The translations under genes and the position numbers were made by a program. Under the pieces are notes generated by a model, which saw only the letters and a list, made by a program, of their open reading frames with translations, had not been told where the DNA came from and made no database searches. From positions 43,834,001-43,898,000 of the forward strand of contig NC_043005.1 in assembly GCF_006345805.1 (NCBI RefSeq): a stretch of DNA of 64,000 nt, given 5' to 3'. Position 1 is the first letter of the stretch. Each line of letters starts with the position of its first letter. Positions 1 to 12,413 of this stretch are shown here, piece after piece. The DNA comes from Octopus sinensis (taxonomy: Eukaryota).

Positions 1-720
1 GGAATGATTAATGGCAATATGAGTTGCTGAAGAAGACTTGCCCATCTCTTGAAACTAAATCTGGAAGTGCAAAATTAATATTGGGTTGGCCAAAAGTTTG
101 TCTGCTTTTTTAAGGGAAAATAAAATACAAATTTTATTGTTGCCATTGTTGCTGTTGTCAGCAGATATGGTGACAATAATGGTAGAGGTAATGGTGCTGG
201 AAACAGCAACACTTCAAACAGCAGAGACAATAATACCAACCGTTGCAATAGCAGCAACAGCACCAATCTTGTGGCTGGAAATGGCTGCTATGTTAGCAAC
301 AGCGGAACCACAAGAATCACGTCCAGGAATATCAATACCAGCAGCAACTCCAGCTACAATGATGACAACATCAGATCTGGAGTTAATGAAATAAATATTG
401 GCATTGGTAGCACATCCAATACATAACACACAAAAATATGTTGGTTCAACCACGCCCCCATTTAAGCAACATCTGAACAATCCCAAGTTCTCTTTTAGGA
501 TACCAGAAAAGTGCAACTTCACATCCCTGGCCAGTCACATAAGGCACTTAAAAGAGAAAAATAGGAAGGAACCCCATACATAATTAAATGGAAGCTCTTT
601 GGACAACCAGGGTTTAAATAAACAGGAGCAAATGATGTAAGCTTTACTTGGCTGAGAGGACAAGAATCCTAAAAAACTCACTTGACTCAGGAACCTTTTT
701 AAGCTCCACGAAAGAAGTAT
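1..720 (+). mobile_element. Penelope-like element remnant, GIY-YIG endonuclease region
   Basis: ORF 398-583 reads KYVGSTTPPFKQHLNNPKFSFRIPEKCNFTSLASHIRHLKEK, then IKWKL. This fits the PLE GIY-YIG pattern (YIG.T...FK.RY.NHK.SF......T.L..HIW.LK...IKW). An Asn/Ser-rich stretch and a mariner-like TIR (TATTGGGTTGG at 79) interrupt it. Confidence 0.65.
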
Positions 721-1189
721 TCAGTCAATGCCCTCATCTAAAGCATTTCCTACTTCAGACTTGGAATTCCCCATTTCTAGAATAATCCCACCATAGCTCT
801 TTCAAATATCACCATGGTCAGAGCCGATGCAAGGGAATAACTCTGTCACACTAATCCTATCCTGCCTACAAAATTCTTTGTTTACAAAACCAACTGATTG
901 TTAAGCATTTCTTCCTCTAGTTGTTGAGAGGTTATGCACCTTCAGCCATTTGAGTCTGGTGTATCGATTATACTGCTAAGTGCTTTATAGCTGCAAAACC
1001 AATGGTCACTCGATTACCAGCCATAAATTTTAACTTCTTAAAAAATATATTACTGCTCTAATGCTTTAGAGTATACCCCTTTTTGGGATATATGAACTAC
1101 TGCCAATATAATATATGTGTGCATATATATAAATATATATATATATATATATCCTCCATTTTCTTATTTGCTACATATATATATAAGCA

Positions 1190-2810
1190 ATGTAAAGAAT
1201 CAACTTCAAATTGTATAAACATCCCACAAAACTTAAATCTAGACCAATTGTAACAAGTCTGAACTGTGAAACCTACAAGCTCAGTAATTTTTTTAGATAT
1301 ATTACTAAAAAGAAAACATATTTTAAAATAAATACCAAGTCTTGTAAGGGACACCCTCGACCTGTTAAACCACCTCTCTAAAACTGTTAACAAAGAAACC
1401 ATTATTGTATCATTTGATGTAGTAAACCTCTATACCATGATCCCACACCAATATTGACAAGAGGTAATGGGTTTCTGGCTAAAAAATTCCTTCATGAAAA
1501 TCCCAGACAGAATTTTAAAATTTTTCATCACCGAAGGACTAAAGTTCATCTTTGAAAACAACTTTTTTGAGTTTAATGACAATATTTACAAATATCTGGG
1601 ACTGCAATGGGAACAAAAGTCACTCCAATGTACACTTATTTAGTCATGGAATACGTAGAAGTCCAGATATATGAACAATGTAAATTAAAATATTGTCTGG
1701 ACTTCCATAAATATTTACTAGAAAACTGGAAACATTACTTAGATGACTGCCTAATTTTGTGGATGCACATATTTAACCAAATTATTGATTTCAAAAACCT
1801 AATTAACAGCGTAAACAGTAGTATTAACTTCACCATGAAATACGGTGAAACACAACTACCATTCCTGGACATTCTAATTATCAAATTTGACAAAAAATTT
1901 TGAAACAGACATTCATTACAAACTAACAGGATCTAAACAACACCTGCTGTTCTCATGCAATCCCAAATACACAAAGACTAATATTCGTTTTAATTGAGCA
2001 AGAAGAATCTGCACAATTATTTCAAATGTTGAAACTTGTAATAAAAGACTTCAGGAATTGAAACAAATACTATTCAGGAGAAAATATCCATCAATGTTGA
2101 TAGACACTGGAATAGAGTGTGCCAAAGCAATAGATATTCAAGAATTGTGAAAAACAAAAAAGAGTTCAGATTCACTCAATACTCTACTCTTTATTACAAT
2201 ACACAACCCCCAAAACACTGATGTTTCCAATATTATCCACTAGAACGTTCCACTCCTGAGATAAAACTAGAACGTTCCACTCCTGAGATAAAACTCGAAA
2301 TACACAAAATAATAAAAAGCAAAAAACAATCAAAATCCCTCAAGAAACTGCTCCCCAGTGCTAAATTACCCTCCATAAACCCTGCACCAACAGTCAAAAA
2401 GTGTGGCCACCCTAATTATAGAGTTACAACAACCTCATTGAAGTTAATAAATATATATTTAAACCAGGACAGATTTTTACCATAAAAAATTATTTTACCT
2501 GTTAATTAAAAAATTTAATATATGCAATTAAATATAAAAGATGTAATGCGGATTACATAGGTGAAACAAAACTCACTCTTAGAAATAAACTAACTATTCA
2601 TAGAAAACTAATACAAGACTCTAGTATTAGACAGATACCACTAAGTGGACACATAGACATATGTGCAAAAAATAAATCTCCCAAATTCCAAGCCTTTCTA
2701 CTTTGCTTTGTTCAGCTGATACCACAGACCAAGTAAAGATAAACAAAGAAAATATATTCACAAAAAATCAAGCTAAGACCAAATAAACTCTAACAAACTA
2801 CATTCATGAA
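1190..2810 (+). mobile_element. Decayed Penelope-like retroelement (RT plus GIY-YIG)
   Basis: Motifs in the expected order: IIVSFDVVNLYTMIPH (~1400-1450), MGTKVTPMYTYLVM...WKHYLDDCLILW...LPFLDILI (ORF 1607-1903), and LIYAIKYKRCNADYIGETKLTLR (~2515-2590). Contains frameshifts and stops, and an exact 27-bp tandem duplication at 2241-2294. Confidence 0.9.
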
Positions 2811-2832
2811 AAACATTTTTACACAAACTCAC

Positions 2833-3400
2833 TCTACTCTTTTACTTGTTTCAGTCATTTGACTATGGCCATGCTGGAGCACCGCCTTTAGTCAAGCAAA
2901 TCGACCCCAGGAATTATTCTTTGTAAGCCTAGTACTTATTCTATTGGTGTCTTTTGCCGAACCACTAAGTTACGGGGGATGTAAACACACCAGCATCAGT
3001 TGTGTTTACATTATTAGTAATTTTAGAAATCTTTGTAAGTTCCCCACAACGTCCTTGAGTTAATATCATGTGACTATATTTTTTGTGCTGAAAACCCAGG
3101 TTAGCATGGCTGAGTGAACATGTCCAGTGATGGTCCCAAAATAAGGCTCTCTTAATTTAATGTGCATCGGTTGTCAAGCGATGCTAGGGGGGACAAACAC
3201 AGACACACAAATATATACACACACATACATATATGCGACGGGCTTCTTTCAGTTTCCACCTACCAAATCCACTCACAAGGCTTTGGTCGGCCTGAGGCTA
3301 TAGTAGAAGACACTTGCCCAAGGTGCCACGCAGTGGGACTGAACCCGGAACCATGTGGTTCGTAAGCAAGTTACTTACCACACCACCACTCCTACGCCTA
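2833..3400 (-). mobile_element. tRNA-derived SINE family A, interrupted by a 160-bp insert (3004-3163)
   Basis: Reverse complement of the head GGTTCCGGGTTCAGTCCCACTGCGTGGCACCTTGGGCAAGTGTCTTC (CORE-like box), the central microsatellite and the tail ...GACTGAAACAAGTAAAAGAG. Many homologous copies occur in the window. Confidence 0.9.
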
Positions 3401-3599
3401 TACTACTTGACATGTTGAATTTATTCAGTTAACAACCTCAACTTTGGACACAATCATAACTTTTCCCCTTAAGACACTAACACACAAACTTAGTGGAGAA
3501 CAAAATTTGATGCCTGCAAACATAGACACAAACCATAAGTATTTGCCCACTGGGCTACATAGAAGAAAACCTTCTCTCCACTCTATCACTTAGCAGATA

Positions 3600-3960
3600 A
3601 AATTTAGAGAGCCTTATTTTGGGACCATCACTGGACATGTTCACTCAACCATGATTACCTGGGTTTTCAGCACAAAAAATATGATCACGTGATATAAACA
3701 CAAGGACATAGTGGGGGAACTTACAAAAATTTCTAAAATTACTAATAATGTGATCTTCTTCTACTATAGTTGACAGATATAAATTCAGACGGCCCTGATT
3801 GTCAGGGATTGTCATTAGACATATCCATTCAACCATGACAGCTTTAACTAACACCCTCAAACATACTGTCACATGACATTGAAGAACTGACATAGTGGAG
3901 AACTTACAAAAATTTCTAAACTTGGTCACGTGATCATCCTTCACCAATCAAAACATAACT
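3600..3960. repeat. Degenerate tandem repeat, ~185-bp period
   Basis: GACAT.T.CA.TCAACCATGA recurs at ~3633 and ~3818. CATAGTGG.GAACTTACAAAAATTTCTAAA recurs at ~3708 and ~3891. Confidence 0.6.
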
Positions 3961-4228
3961 AAAACAGATAATAATCTGAGCCATGTCCTCTCTATAAAAA
4001 CAAGATAATTTTTGAATTCCAATCAGAAGCAAGACAACTGCAATACAGCTCCATGTCTTTCTATCTCAACTTTTGAAAATCAGAGAAATTCTTTAAAATT
4101 TTTTAAAATTAAAAATCTACACAAATCCCATTGCATTTTCAAATTCTTTTTACTATATATCTATCTGTATGGCATATAATAACTTTGTTTTCTATATCTA
4201 TATCTATATCTATGTTTATATATATATA

Positions 4229-4353
4229 CCGGAGTAAACACATAAATGTGAAACAAGGTGGAAAAAAGAGTACTCAAATACCAGTGGTAGAGTAATATGC
4301 TTTATTTAAAGCAGCAGAAAATTCAACTGCTGCTTTTCTGCTGCTTTAAATAA

Positions 4354-4355
<2 letters not shown>
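4229..4355. repeat. (TA)n-flanked short element ending in a perfect 22-bp hairpin
   Basis: Arms CTTTATTTAAAGCAGCAGAAAA (4300-4321) and TTTTCTGCTGCTTTAAATAAAG (4334-4355), with TA tracts on both sides. Confidence 0.7.
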
Positions 4356-4403
<48 letters not shown>

Positions 4404-4424
4404 GCAGGGGTGGAGGTATATTTT

Positions 4425-4616
4425 ACCTTTTATCTTTTACTTGTTTCAGTCATTTAATTGTGGCAATGCTGGGGCACCACATTGAAGGGTTTTAGTTGAA
4501 CAAATCAACCCCAGGACTTTTCTTTTTGAAGTCTAGTACTTATTCTATATTTTTCTTTTTTGCTGAACCACTAAGTTACGGGGAGGTAAACACATAAACA
4601 ATGCTCGTATATATAT

Positions 4617-4654
<38 letters not shown>

Positions 4655-4805
4655 CAGGCCTCTTTTAGTCTCTGTCCGTCCACCAAATCCACTCACAAGG
4701 CTTTTGTTGGCCCGAGGCTATATTAGAAAACACTTGTCCAAGATGCCATGCAATGGGAATGAACCTGGAGCTATATGGCTAGGAAGCAAGCTTCTTACCA
4801 CAAGT
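4425..4805 (-). mobile_element. SINE family A
   Basis: Matches the 2833-3400 copy in tail, central (TA)n and head. Confidence 0.85.
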
Positions 4806-4884
4806 CATGCCAGTACCTGTATATGCATATATGTACCTGTATATGCATATATGTACCTGTATATGTATATATATATGCATATAT

Positions 4885-4916
<32 letters not shown>

Positions 4917-5353
4917 CATATATGTATGTATGTATATACCCACATATATACACATATATATGTTGACACAAGGCCAAGGATTTTGGGTGAGTCAATTATA
5001 TTGACCTCCAATACTTCTGATCTTAATAATTATTATTGCTTTTCTTTTCATCTTATGATTGTTTTTTTTTTTTTTTGTCATATCTATTATCAACAGAGAA
5101 TGACTGTGGGAGTGGATGATAGACTTTTATTTATTACTAACATTACTCTTAGTTACGAGAACTATCATTGTCAAACTGTGCATTTGTGTTTGCGTGTATA
5201 TGAGAGACAGACAGACAGACAGATAGACAAACAGACAGACAGACAGGCAGACAGACTGACAAACAGACAGAGGAGTTCATGTACATGCATGAGTTAGATT
5301 GTATATGTGTGTATAAATGAAGACAAAGTAAGACAAAGACAAAGTATGTATGT

Positions 5354-5399
<46 letters not shown>

Positions 5400-5999
5400 G
5401 AGAATATGAGAGAGTGAAAAAGAGAGAGTGTGTGTGTGTATGTGTGAGTACATATGTGTATATGTCTACACACACATGTGTGTATGTGATTATCTGACTA
5501 TTTTTCAATATATTCAATTTGTCATTCAGTTTTTTTTTGTTTTTTTTTAACATTCTATCTCTATTTGTTTACATATAAACAAACAAACACCAGAGATTTG
5601 AAAGACATGACTGCTTCCCAAACGTAGATTTTTGTGTAATTCTTGGGTCAGAGGATTTTCTGGTAAACTTTTGACATTTTGATTCATATCCATTTTTCCT
5701 TTACCCTATTACTGCTACAGACACTTGAATTTAAACCGATTGACATTTGTTTCCATTCTTCACATCCTTTACTAATTCTGTTTCTATTTCTTTGTGTTGA
5801 TCAACCTATTTCTTTGATTGATATGTAGCAATTTACAAGGCATGACATATAAATCATTGTCTACAATTTACTTTTATGGCATTTTATAAGTTTCCATATC
5901 TATTGTTTGCCTTGGTATTTCCTACTGCAATCTTGCAATCTATACATTTCTCTCATACCTTACAGGTTTGAAATTATACAAGTCATGCATAGAATAAGG

Positions 6000-6175
6000 A
6001 ACAGGCAAGGTTGTGTGGTAAGAAGCTTACTTCCCAACCATATGCTTCCAGGTTCAGTCCCACACTGTGTAGCACCTTAGGCAAGTGTCTTCTACTATAG
6101 CCTCAGGCTGACAAAGGCCTTATGAGTGGATTTGGTATACAGAAACTAAAAGAAGCCCATCGTATATATATATAT
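6000..6175 (+). mobile_element. SINE family A, 5' half
   Basis: GTGTGGTAAGAAGCTTACTTCCCAACC...GGTTCAGTCCCAC...CACCTTAGGCAAGTGTCTTC. Confidence 0.85.
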
Positions 6176-6177
6176 CA

Positions 6178-6428
6178 TTATCATCATCATCGCTTAACGT
6201 CCACTTTCCATGCTAGCATGGGTTGGATGATTTGACTGAGGTCTGGCGAATCAGATGGCTGCACCAGACACCAATCTGATCTAGCAGAGTTTCTACAGCT
6301 GGATTCCCTTCCTAATGCCAACCACTCTGAGAGTGTAGTGGGTGCTTTTACATGCCACTGGCACGAGGGCCAGTCAGGCAGTACTGGCAACAGCCATGCT
6401 CAAATGGTACTTTTTATGTGCCACCTGA
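6178..6428 (-). mobile_element. 5'-truncated RTE LINE 3' end with (GAT)n tail
   Basis: TCATCATCATCGCTTAACGTCCACTTTCCATGCTAGCATGGG; same family as 11288-12060. Confidence 0.8.
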
Positions 6429-6439
6429 TATTTTTTATT

Positions 6440-6498
6440 TTATTTTATTTTATCTAGTTTCAGCTCACGAGCTGTGGCCATGCTGGGGCACCGCCATT
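6440..6498 (-). mobile_element. ~60-bp 3' stub of the CR1-like LINE
   Basis: Reverse complement ATGGCGGTGCCCCAGCATGGCCACAGCTCGTGAGCTGAAACTAGATAAATAAAATAAAAT matches the 3' end of the CR1 at 32613-32665. Confidence 0.7.
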
Positions 6499-6594
6499 AT
6501 ATATATATACTTTTATTAAAGCTGCAAAATTATTACAAAACATTCCTGTTCATCAGACAGTTGTGATGAAAACACAACTATCTGAAGAAGAGGA

Positions 6595-7284
<690 letters not shown>

Positions 7285-7639
7285 TAGCAATAAAATGCCA
7301 GATGCATGACTTTTGGTCACCCTGTATTATTTCCAAAATGTTTCAGTTTTAGCAAAGTAAAGGATCTGGAGAAGACATACATAAGTACTGGTTGAAAAAC
7401 CAGCATAGTCATGTTATAAAGAAGTTTGGTCCACAACCACATGGTTTCCAAGTTTGATATATGAACATGTGGTACTGTTGCGAGAGATTAACCAATTCCT
7501 CACGAGAGGAATTCAGTAGAGGGGAAACTGTGAAAGCCTGTCATTTAAAATGGTGTGTGTGTGTGTGTGTGGGGGGAATACATGTGAAATTTTGTTTGTT
7601 TGTTTTTGCTGATATATATCAGCAAAGAATATAAACATA

Positions 7640-7847
7640 AGCCCAGGCTTGACTGTGTGGTGAGAAGCTAGCTTCCCAGCTACATGGTTCTAGGTTCAGT
7701 CCCACAGTGTGGCATCTTGGGTAAGTGTCTTCTGCTATAGCCTTAGGCTGATCAAAGCCTTGTGATTGGATTTGGCAAGCGGAAACTGAAAGACACCTGT
7801 TGTATATATATATATATTTATGTGTGTGTTTGTGTTTGTGTTTGTGT

Positions 7848-7914
<67 letters not shown>

Positions 7915-8130
7915 TGTTTCTGCACTTATCTCCCCCATCTGCCACCACCATTTGACAACCAGTGTCAGTGTGTTTATGTCCCTATAACTTAGCAGTTCAG
8001 CAAAAGAGATCAATAGCATAAGTATCAGGCTTATAAAAAAAAAAAGTACTGGGGGTCAATTCATTCAACTAAAAATCCTTCAAGGTGGTGCTGTAGCATG
8101 GCCGTAGCATAGCTGCAGTCTAATGACTAA
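7640..8130 (+). mobile_element. SINE family A, near full length, with expanded (TG)n
   Basis: Head, CORE-like box, long (TG)n at ~7820-7915, and tail CTGCAGTCTAATGACTAAAGCAAG. Confidence 0.85.
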
Positions 8131-8454
8131 AGCAAGTGGAAGATGAAAAAAAAAAGATTGATGTGAAACTGAAAACCCAAAAACAAAACAAGAAAAAAAA
8201 ACAGAGACAGTGAACCAGTTATTGGCATGACAGAGGCTTGTTACCAACAAACTTATTGTTCCCCAATTGCAACAATAAATAACTAAATAAATAAATCTCC
8301 GCTCCATTTCCTATAAGTGTTTCTTGCAAATGTAGAAGAAGCTGGGTCTATGAAAGAGACAAAATGAAAATTTTACTGCATTTGTGTTTATGGTATCAAG
8401 ATGAAATGTCTACATAAAATATGACTACAACTAGTTTTGCTGTATAATAGACCT

Positions 8455-8775
8455 GTAGACATATGGCTCAGTGGTTAGAGCATCAGGCTTACAATCATGA
8501 GTTAATGAGTTCGATTTCTGAACCAGGCTCTCTATTGTATTCTTGAGCAAAACGCTTTATTTCATGTTGCTCCAGTTCACTCAGCTGTAGAAATGAGTTG
8601 CAATGTCACTGGTGCCAAGCTGTAACAGCCTTTGCCTTTCCCTTAGATAACATTGATGGCATGGAGGTGGGAGGCTGGTCATCTATAAACAACCTTGCCT
8701 GGACTTGTACCTCAGAGGGCAACTGTCTTGGTGCAATCCCATGGTGCTTTGTGACCAAAGGGGGTCTTTACCCTA
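8455..8775 (+). mobile_element. tRNA-derived SINE family B
   Basis: A box TGGCTCAGTGG, B-box-like GAGTTCGATTTC, then TTCTTGAGCAAAACGCTTTATTTCATGTTGCTCCAGTTCACTCAGCTG, matching the 13086 copy. Confidence 0.8.
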
Positions 8776-8784
8776 TAGACCTGT

Positions 8785-9635
8785 AGGTGCAGGCGTAGCT
8801 GTATGGTAAGAAGCTTGCTTCCTGACCATGTGGTTCCACATTCAGTTCCACTGCATGACACCTTGGGTAAAATGTCTTCTGCGGCAGCCTCGAGCCAACC
8901 AAAGCATTGCAAGTGGATTTGGTAGACAGAAACTGAAAGAAGACCATCATAAATATATATATGTGTGTGTGTGTGTGTATCTACGTATGAACATCTTTGG
9001 GTTTGTGTTTGTCCCCCCGTCACCACTTGACAACTGATGTCGGTGTGTTTAGGTTCCTGTAACATAGCAGTTCAGCAAAAGAGAACAATAGAATAAGTAC
9101 TGGGCTTTAAAAAATTAGCCTGAGGGGTCTTCAAACTGACACTATGTGTTTTTTTTCTTCAGTTTCACATTAATATTTTTATCTTCTACTTGATTTAGTC
9201 GTTAGACCGTGGCCATGCTGCAGCACTGCCTTGAAGGATTTTTAGTTGAACGAATTGACCCCAGAACACTTTTTTTCCATAAGCTTGGTACTTATGCTAA
9301 TGGTCTCTTTTGCTGAACTGCATGGCTGCTGTGAAATGACTGAAACAAAGAGTAAAAGATTTTATTTGTTGCAAAATCTTTATATAGTTCTATAAAAATA
9401 GAGAGGCAGGGTCTGCCTTTTACTAGTTTACATCTTTCAGTCATTACAGAAAGGCCATGTTGAAGCACTGCTTTAAAGGGTTTAGTCAAACAAATCAATT
9501 CCATGTACTTATTTTTCAATCTGGTACTTATGCTATCAATCTCTTTTACCAAACTACTAAGTTACAAGGATGTAAACGAACTATCTCTGGTTGTCAAGAA
9601 GTGGCAGGGTACAAAGACAAAGACACGCACATACA
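8785..9635. mobile_element. Cluster of SINE A copies: 8785-9110 (+), 9175-9345 (-), 9445-9635 (-)
   Basis: Direct similarity to the other family A copies. Confidence 0.75.
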
Positions 9636-9655
9636 TATATACATACATACCTATA

Positions 9656-9860
9656 TATTGGGTTGTCCAGAAAGTTCGTGCCAATTTATAGTAGCTTACC
9701 TTTCAACTTATTTTAGAACATGGTTGAGTCCATAAAATAGAATTTGACTACACCTCCATTTAGAGCACAGTTTAAGCTATCTTTTCGTGGAAGAATGTTT
9801 ATGTTCCTATAACCTGTATTGATTCTGTAACCCTTTAAAATGGAAGATAAGAAAGTTCAT
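9656..9860 (+). mobile_element. Mariner 5' end fragment
   Basis: TA followed by TIR-like TTGGGTTGTCCAGAAAG. Ends in ATGGAAGATAAGAAAGTTCATTT (MEDKKVHF, a typical mariner N-terminus), where a SINE truncates it. Confidence 0.6.
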
Positions 9861-10045
9861 TTCAGTTTCCATCTGCCAAATCCACTCACAAGGCTTTGCT
9901 TGGCACAAGGCTTTGCTTGGCACAAGGCTTTGCTTGGCACAAGGCTTTGCTTGGCACAAGGCTATAGTAGAAGACACTTGCCCAAGGTACCATGCAGTGG
10001 GACTGAACCCTGAACCATGTGGTTGGGGAACAAGCTTCTTACTAC
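9860..10045 (-). mobile_element. SINE A head with internal 17-bp tandem repeat
   Basis: CACAAGGCTTTGCTTGG x4 plus a partial copy at 9887-9963. Confidence 0.85.
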
Positions 10046-11231
10046 AAAGTCTTGGGGAAAATCAAGCTTTGAGAAAAAAATCAATCCTTCAGGAAAATCA
10101 AGTGAGAGTCACTCCAAAACAATTTCTGTATGTTTATCAACACTTGTACTTGCAAACTTCAAATTCTATCATTTCAAAACAGTACTGAATATTCCTAATA
10201 TTTTTTCTTCAACTCTGAATGCAGCTGAAATCAAAACAGTCAAGAAAGCCAACAATTTTTGGTCCTTTTCAGATTATGATCAGATTTTTGAGTAGCACTA
10301 GCATTTTGTGATATTTTGTTTTTCTAATAAGAAAATAAAAATTGCACATCTAGTTATATGATAATATTTAAATTTACATTTTCTTCCTTTATATCATTTT
10401 TGGATAAGAAGAAAAATATTCTCTGTGCTAGGGATCACTGTATAGCAATTATATTTTAACATTTTATAATATCTGTCATTAATTTCCCGCATGACTCACC
10501 TCTGCCCATGTTTTTATTCAATTCTATTAGACAGAACCTGATAATATCATGAATCTGATACCATCATGTTCATAACTCTGTCAAATATCCATCACATGAG
10601 AAACATTACTTTAATACTGTAAATAATACAAATGGTTTGTGATATACAAATTCATTTACGCAAAGGAGACTGTAACACACTCTTGAATAATTAACCTTGT
10701 AATCTTTCTTTCTTCATTTAACAATTTCATTATATAACATTTCTGTAAATCCTAAGAGTCATTTATCTCCTAAAACAGAGAAGATATCAAAAACTGCTTT
10801 GTTATATCATAATTGGCAGTTAACAATATTATAGATAAATATAGATCTATATACCCAGGCAGATTAATTCATGCATGAAAATGCAAGTTGCAGGTTGAGG
10901 TTCAATAATTTTGTAAAGATCTTGATATTGTAGAATGTATTCATTTTTGAGAGCATTCTAGTTTGCAAGAACCTCACAGCAGTGTTGAAGTTCATGAGAC
11001 CTCTTGCTGAATAAACAGAAATGCCGAAGGAGAAATTTAAAGTTTATAAATGAAGAACTGATGCTGAAAAGGATGATGACTCAAGTATCTGCTGTCATGA
11101 CATAAGAAATAGGAATATTGTTATCCGCTAAGTAAGAATTGGATCTAATATAATCAGAATAACAAGTAACACTATAATGTGTTTATGTATATGTGTGTGC
11201 ATGTGTGTGTGTGTGTGTGCTTATATATGTA

Positions 11232-11264
<33 letters not shown>

Positions 11265-11287
11265 CTATATATATATATATATATATA

Positions 11288-12060
11288 GGTCTCACCATGG
11301 AAATGACTAGAGACCGAGACCTATGGAATATGCTGTGTGTGAGAAGACCCGGCAAGACTAGTAAAGCCATAACCCGTGGCCCCTACCTGGGACGTAGTCA
11401 GTCCACCTGTGCATACCTTCCTTCCTGCGACACTTGTGAAGACCTGTTGAGGCAAGTGAAAATCAAAATCAAAATCAAATCAAATCAAATCAAATCAAAC
11501 CAAATCAAAATAGATGAACATCAATGGAATTTGTATCTTTGTGGTACCAGTGCCGGTGGCACATAAGAAAACCATCCGAACGTGGCCGTAGCCAGTACCA
11601 CATCGACTGGCCTCCGTGCTGTGGGCACGTAACAAACACCATCCGATCGTGGCCGGTCGCCAGCCTCATCTGGCACCTGTGTCGGTGGCACATAAAAAAC
11701 ACCATCCGAGCGTGGCCATCTGCCAGCCTCGTCTGGCACCTGTGTCGGTGGCACATAAAAAACACCATCCGAGCGTGGCCGTCTGCCAGCTTCGTCTGGC
11801 ACCTGTGTCGGTGGCACATAAAAAACACCATCCGAGCGTGGCCGTCTGCCAGCCTCGTCTGGCACCTGTGTCGGTGGCTCATAAAATCACCCACTACACT
11901 CTCGGAGTGGTTGGCGTTAGGAAGGGCATCCAGCTGTAGAAACACTGCCAGATCTGACTGGCCTGGTGCAGCCTTTGGGCTCGCCAGACCCCAGTTGAAC
12001 CGTCCAACCCATGCTAGCATGGAAAGCGGACGTTAAACGATGATGATGATGATGATGATG
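11288..12060 (+). mobile_element. RTE-clade LINE 3' end (ORF2 C-terminus, 3' UTR with 63-bp VNTR, (GAT)n tail)
   Basis: GLTMEMTRDRDLW is RTE C-terminal-like. An (AAATC)n tract follows. 63-bp units start at 11672, 11735, 11798 and 11861. Tail is GGACGTTAAACGATGATGATG. CpG-rich, so probably young. Confidence 0.85.
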
Positions 12061-12070
12061 CATATATATA

Positions 12071-12275
12071 TCATCATCATCATCGTTTAACGTCCGCTTT
12101 CCATGCTAGCATGGGTTAGACGATTTGACTGAAGACTGGTGAACCAAATGGCTGCACCAGGCTCCAATCTTGATCTGGATGCCCTTCCTAATGCCAACCA
12201 CTCCAAGAGTGTAGTGGGTGCTTTTACGTGCCACCAGCACGAAGGCTAATCAGGCAGTACTGGCAACAGCCACGA
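12071..12275 (-). mobile_element. RTE 3' end, tail-to-tail with the previous copy
   Basis: 12071-12117 is the exact reverse complement of 12006-12052. Confidence 0.85.
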
Positions 12276-12413
12276 AAAAAATCGTTTTTTTTTATATGTA
12301 TTTATATGTATATATATATATGTGTGTGTGTGTGTAATTGCACACAGACAAACAGACACACACACACATATATATATATGTGTGTGTATGTATATATACA
12401 TATGTTCCAATTC

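Noticed and set aside
86-394. 102-aa ORF with a signal-peptide-like start
   Set aside because: Begins in a mariner-like TIR and runs through low-complexity sequence inside a PLE remnant.
11505-12036. Four overlapping ORFs with 21-aa repeats, and a repeat array superficially like CRISPR
   Set aside because: Contiguous 63-bp tandem units without unique spacers, inside an RTE 3' UTR. Frames stay open because 63 is divisible by 3. No cas genes; eukaryotic context.
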